Shown piece after piece: positions 62,538-64,000 of a DNA stretch of 64,000 bases. The stretch comes from Patellaria atrata CBS 101060. Its lineage: Eukaryota. The notes under the pieces were generated by a model that did not search any database, had not been told where the DNA came from, and was given only the letters and a program-made list of their open reading frames with translations. The DNA is taken from NCBI GenBank assembly GCA_010093705.1, contig MU006094.1, forward strand, positions 905,550-969,549. Reading direction: 5' to 3'. Position numbers and translations under genes: made by a program. Position 1 is the first letter of the stretch. Every line of letters starts with the position of its first letter.

Positions 62538-64000
62538 ATGGTGCGAAGGAAACGCGAAAGGAGAGTTCCACGATACCAAGATGATGACACTAGGCCCACA
62601 AGTAAGAAAGAATTGTGGGGTTGGTATTGCTCCGGGATAGCAGCTGAGGTATTCGCTGTCTGCGGTGTTGGTCTGTCTTTCTCAAGCCCAATTTCCCCAA
62701 AGTCCTAAGGTATATGACTGATAAAAGCAGGTTCATTCCTACCTGTGACCCTAGAGCAACTGGCCCGGGACCGAGCAGTACTCAGAAATGGCAAGCGAAC
62801 CCCGTGTACTACCGCTTCCCTCTCAGATTCAGACAGGAATACACACGTGGCGTTACTATTCAGGTCCATTCAGCCAAGGGAAGAAGACCAATGTGTAGTT
62901 TATATCCTGGGCGTTAAAGTCAACACTGCTAGTTTTGCTTTGTACACCTTCTCCCTCGCCGTTTTAGTTCAAGCTCTTACTCTTGTGTCAATTAGTGCTC
63001 TTGCAGACCATGGTAAGATATACTTTACACCAAGAATGTCAATATAGCTAATGTATCAGGTAGGCCAAAACAGGAAGAGACTTCTACTTCTGTTCGGATT
63101 ATGTGGTGCTCTCGCGAATATGCTCTTCATATTAGTCTTTCCTCCCATTTATTTTGTCGGATCAATTCTTGCTATTATTGGTGTTACGTGTCTAGGATCG
63201 TCATTCGTATTGCTCAATTCCTTTCTTCCACTCCTTGTCTCAAACGACCCTGCTATACGGAGTAAAAGAGGGGACATGTTACATAATCAGTCTCGTATGT
63301 CTCATGACGACGAAGATGGCTACTTGATGGAGGATTATGGGGAGAATGCTCCCCAGTCTACTTCAGCTGAACGTCCAATTTCACCGGCTCTAGATGATAC
63401 TGTGTCTATAACATTGGAACAGTCTAATCTTTCGAATGCAATCTCGTCAAAAGGTGTTGGACTCGGTTACACTGCAGCTGTCATTGTCAACTGTGTCAGT
63501 ATCGCAATACTTGTTGCATTTTCAAAGCAGTTTCCAAACGCGTCACATACACTGCCAATGCGAGTCATATTATTGGTTGTAGGATTATGGTGGGCCGGAT
63601 TTAACATTCCTACTGCGCTCTGGCTACGACCACGGCCAGGACCACCCCTGATTTCTGATACAGCATCTCAATCAGGCAGATTGTTTATACTGCTGCGTTA
63701 CATTGCTTTCGCATGGCAAGCTCTTTGGAGAACCGTTCAATTAGCTTTTAAGCTCAAACAAGCTTTTCTGTTCCTGCTTGCTTGGTTTCTTCTTTCTGAT
63801 GCAGTTGCGACAATATCCGGTACAGCAATTCTCTTTGCTAAAACTGTGTTGCAACTCTCGCCTCCATTACTCGGGCTCTTGTCGATCACGACGATGGTCT
63901 TTGGTATATTTGGTGCTTTTATATGGCCGAAGATATCCCACTACTTCAAGTGGAAAACAACTCAGACACTCGTAGCATGTATAATACTTTTTGAAACAAT
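62538..64000 (+). CDS. ATG22: Autophagy-related vacuolar effluxer Atg22 (MFS); runs off the window; introns about 62671-62731 and 63013-63063
   Basis: [49 protein letters not shown]-like [41 protein letters not shown]. Confidence 0.93.

Overview
Gene-dense, intron-containing region of a filamentous ascomycete (Pezizomycotina-type) nuclear genome, judged from GT..AG introns with CTRAC branch points and the fungal gene families present. About 20 protein-coding genes can be reconstructed: NAA50-like GNAT (partial), F-box protein, AflR-like Zn2Cys6 TF, glucokinase, Svl3/Pam1-like ketopantoate-reductase-family protein, SUB2/UAP56, RNase P Rpr2/Rpp21, GH3 beta-glucosidase, a divergent 2-methylcitrate synthase / 2-methylisocitrate lyase pair, a small spliced hypothetical gene, an SDR, a disrupted secreted-type S/T-rich gene with degenerate local copies, RQT4/TRIP4, RPL24, a second GNAT, a NIPA/DUF803 transporter, VMA4, CHS5, an EutQ-like cupin, an Acr-2-like Zn2Cys6 TF, an uncertain hypothetical gene and ATG22 (partial). 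The most striking non-coding signal is the 466-nt first intron of SUB2, which is closed by a 21/22-bp inverted repeat and contains further hairpins, making it a candidate structured regulatory RNA. A similar but weaker end-to-end pairing occurs in the 290-nt glucokinase intron. No tRNA, rRNA, CRISPR array or intact transposon was recognised. All protein family calls come from motif recognition by eye, not database searches.
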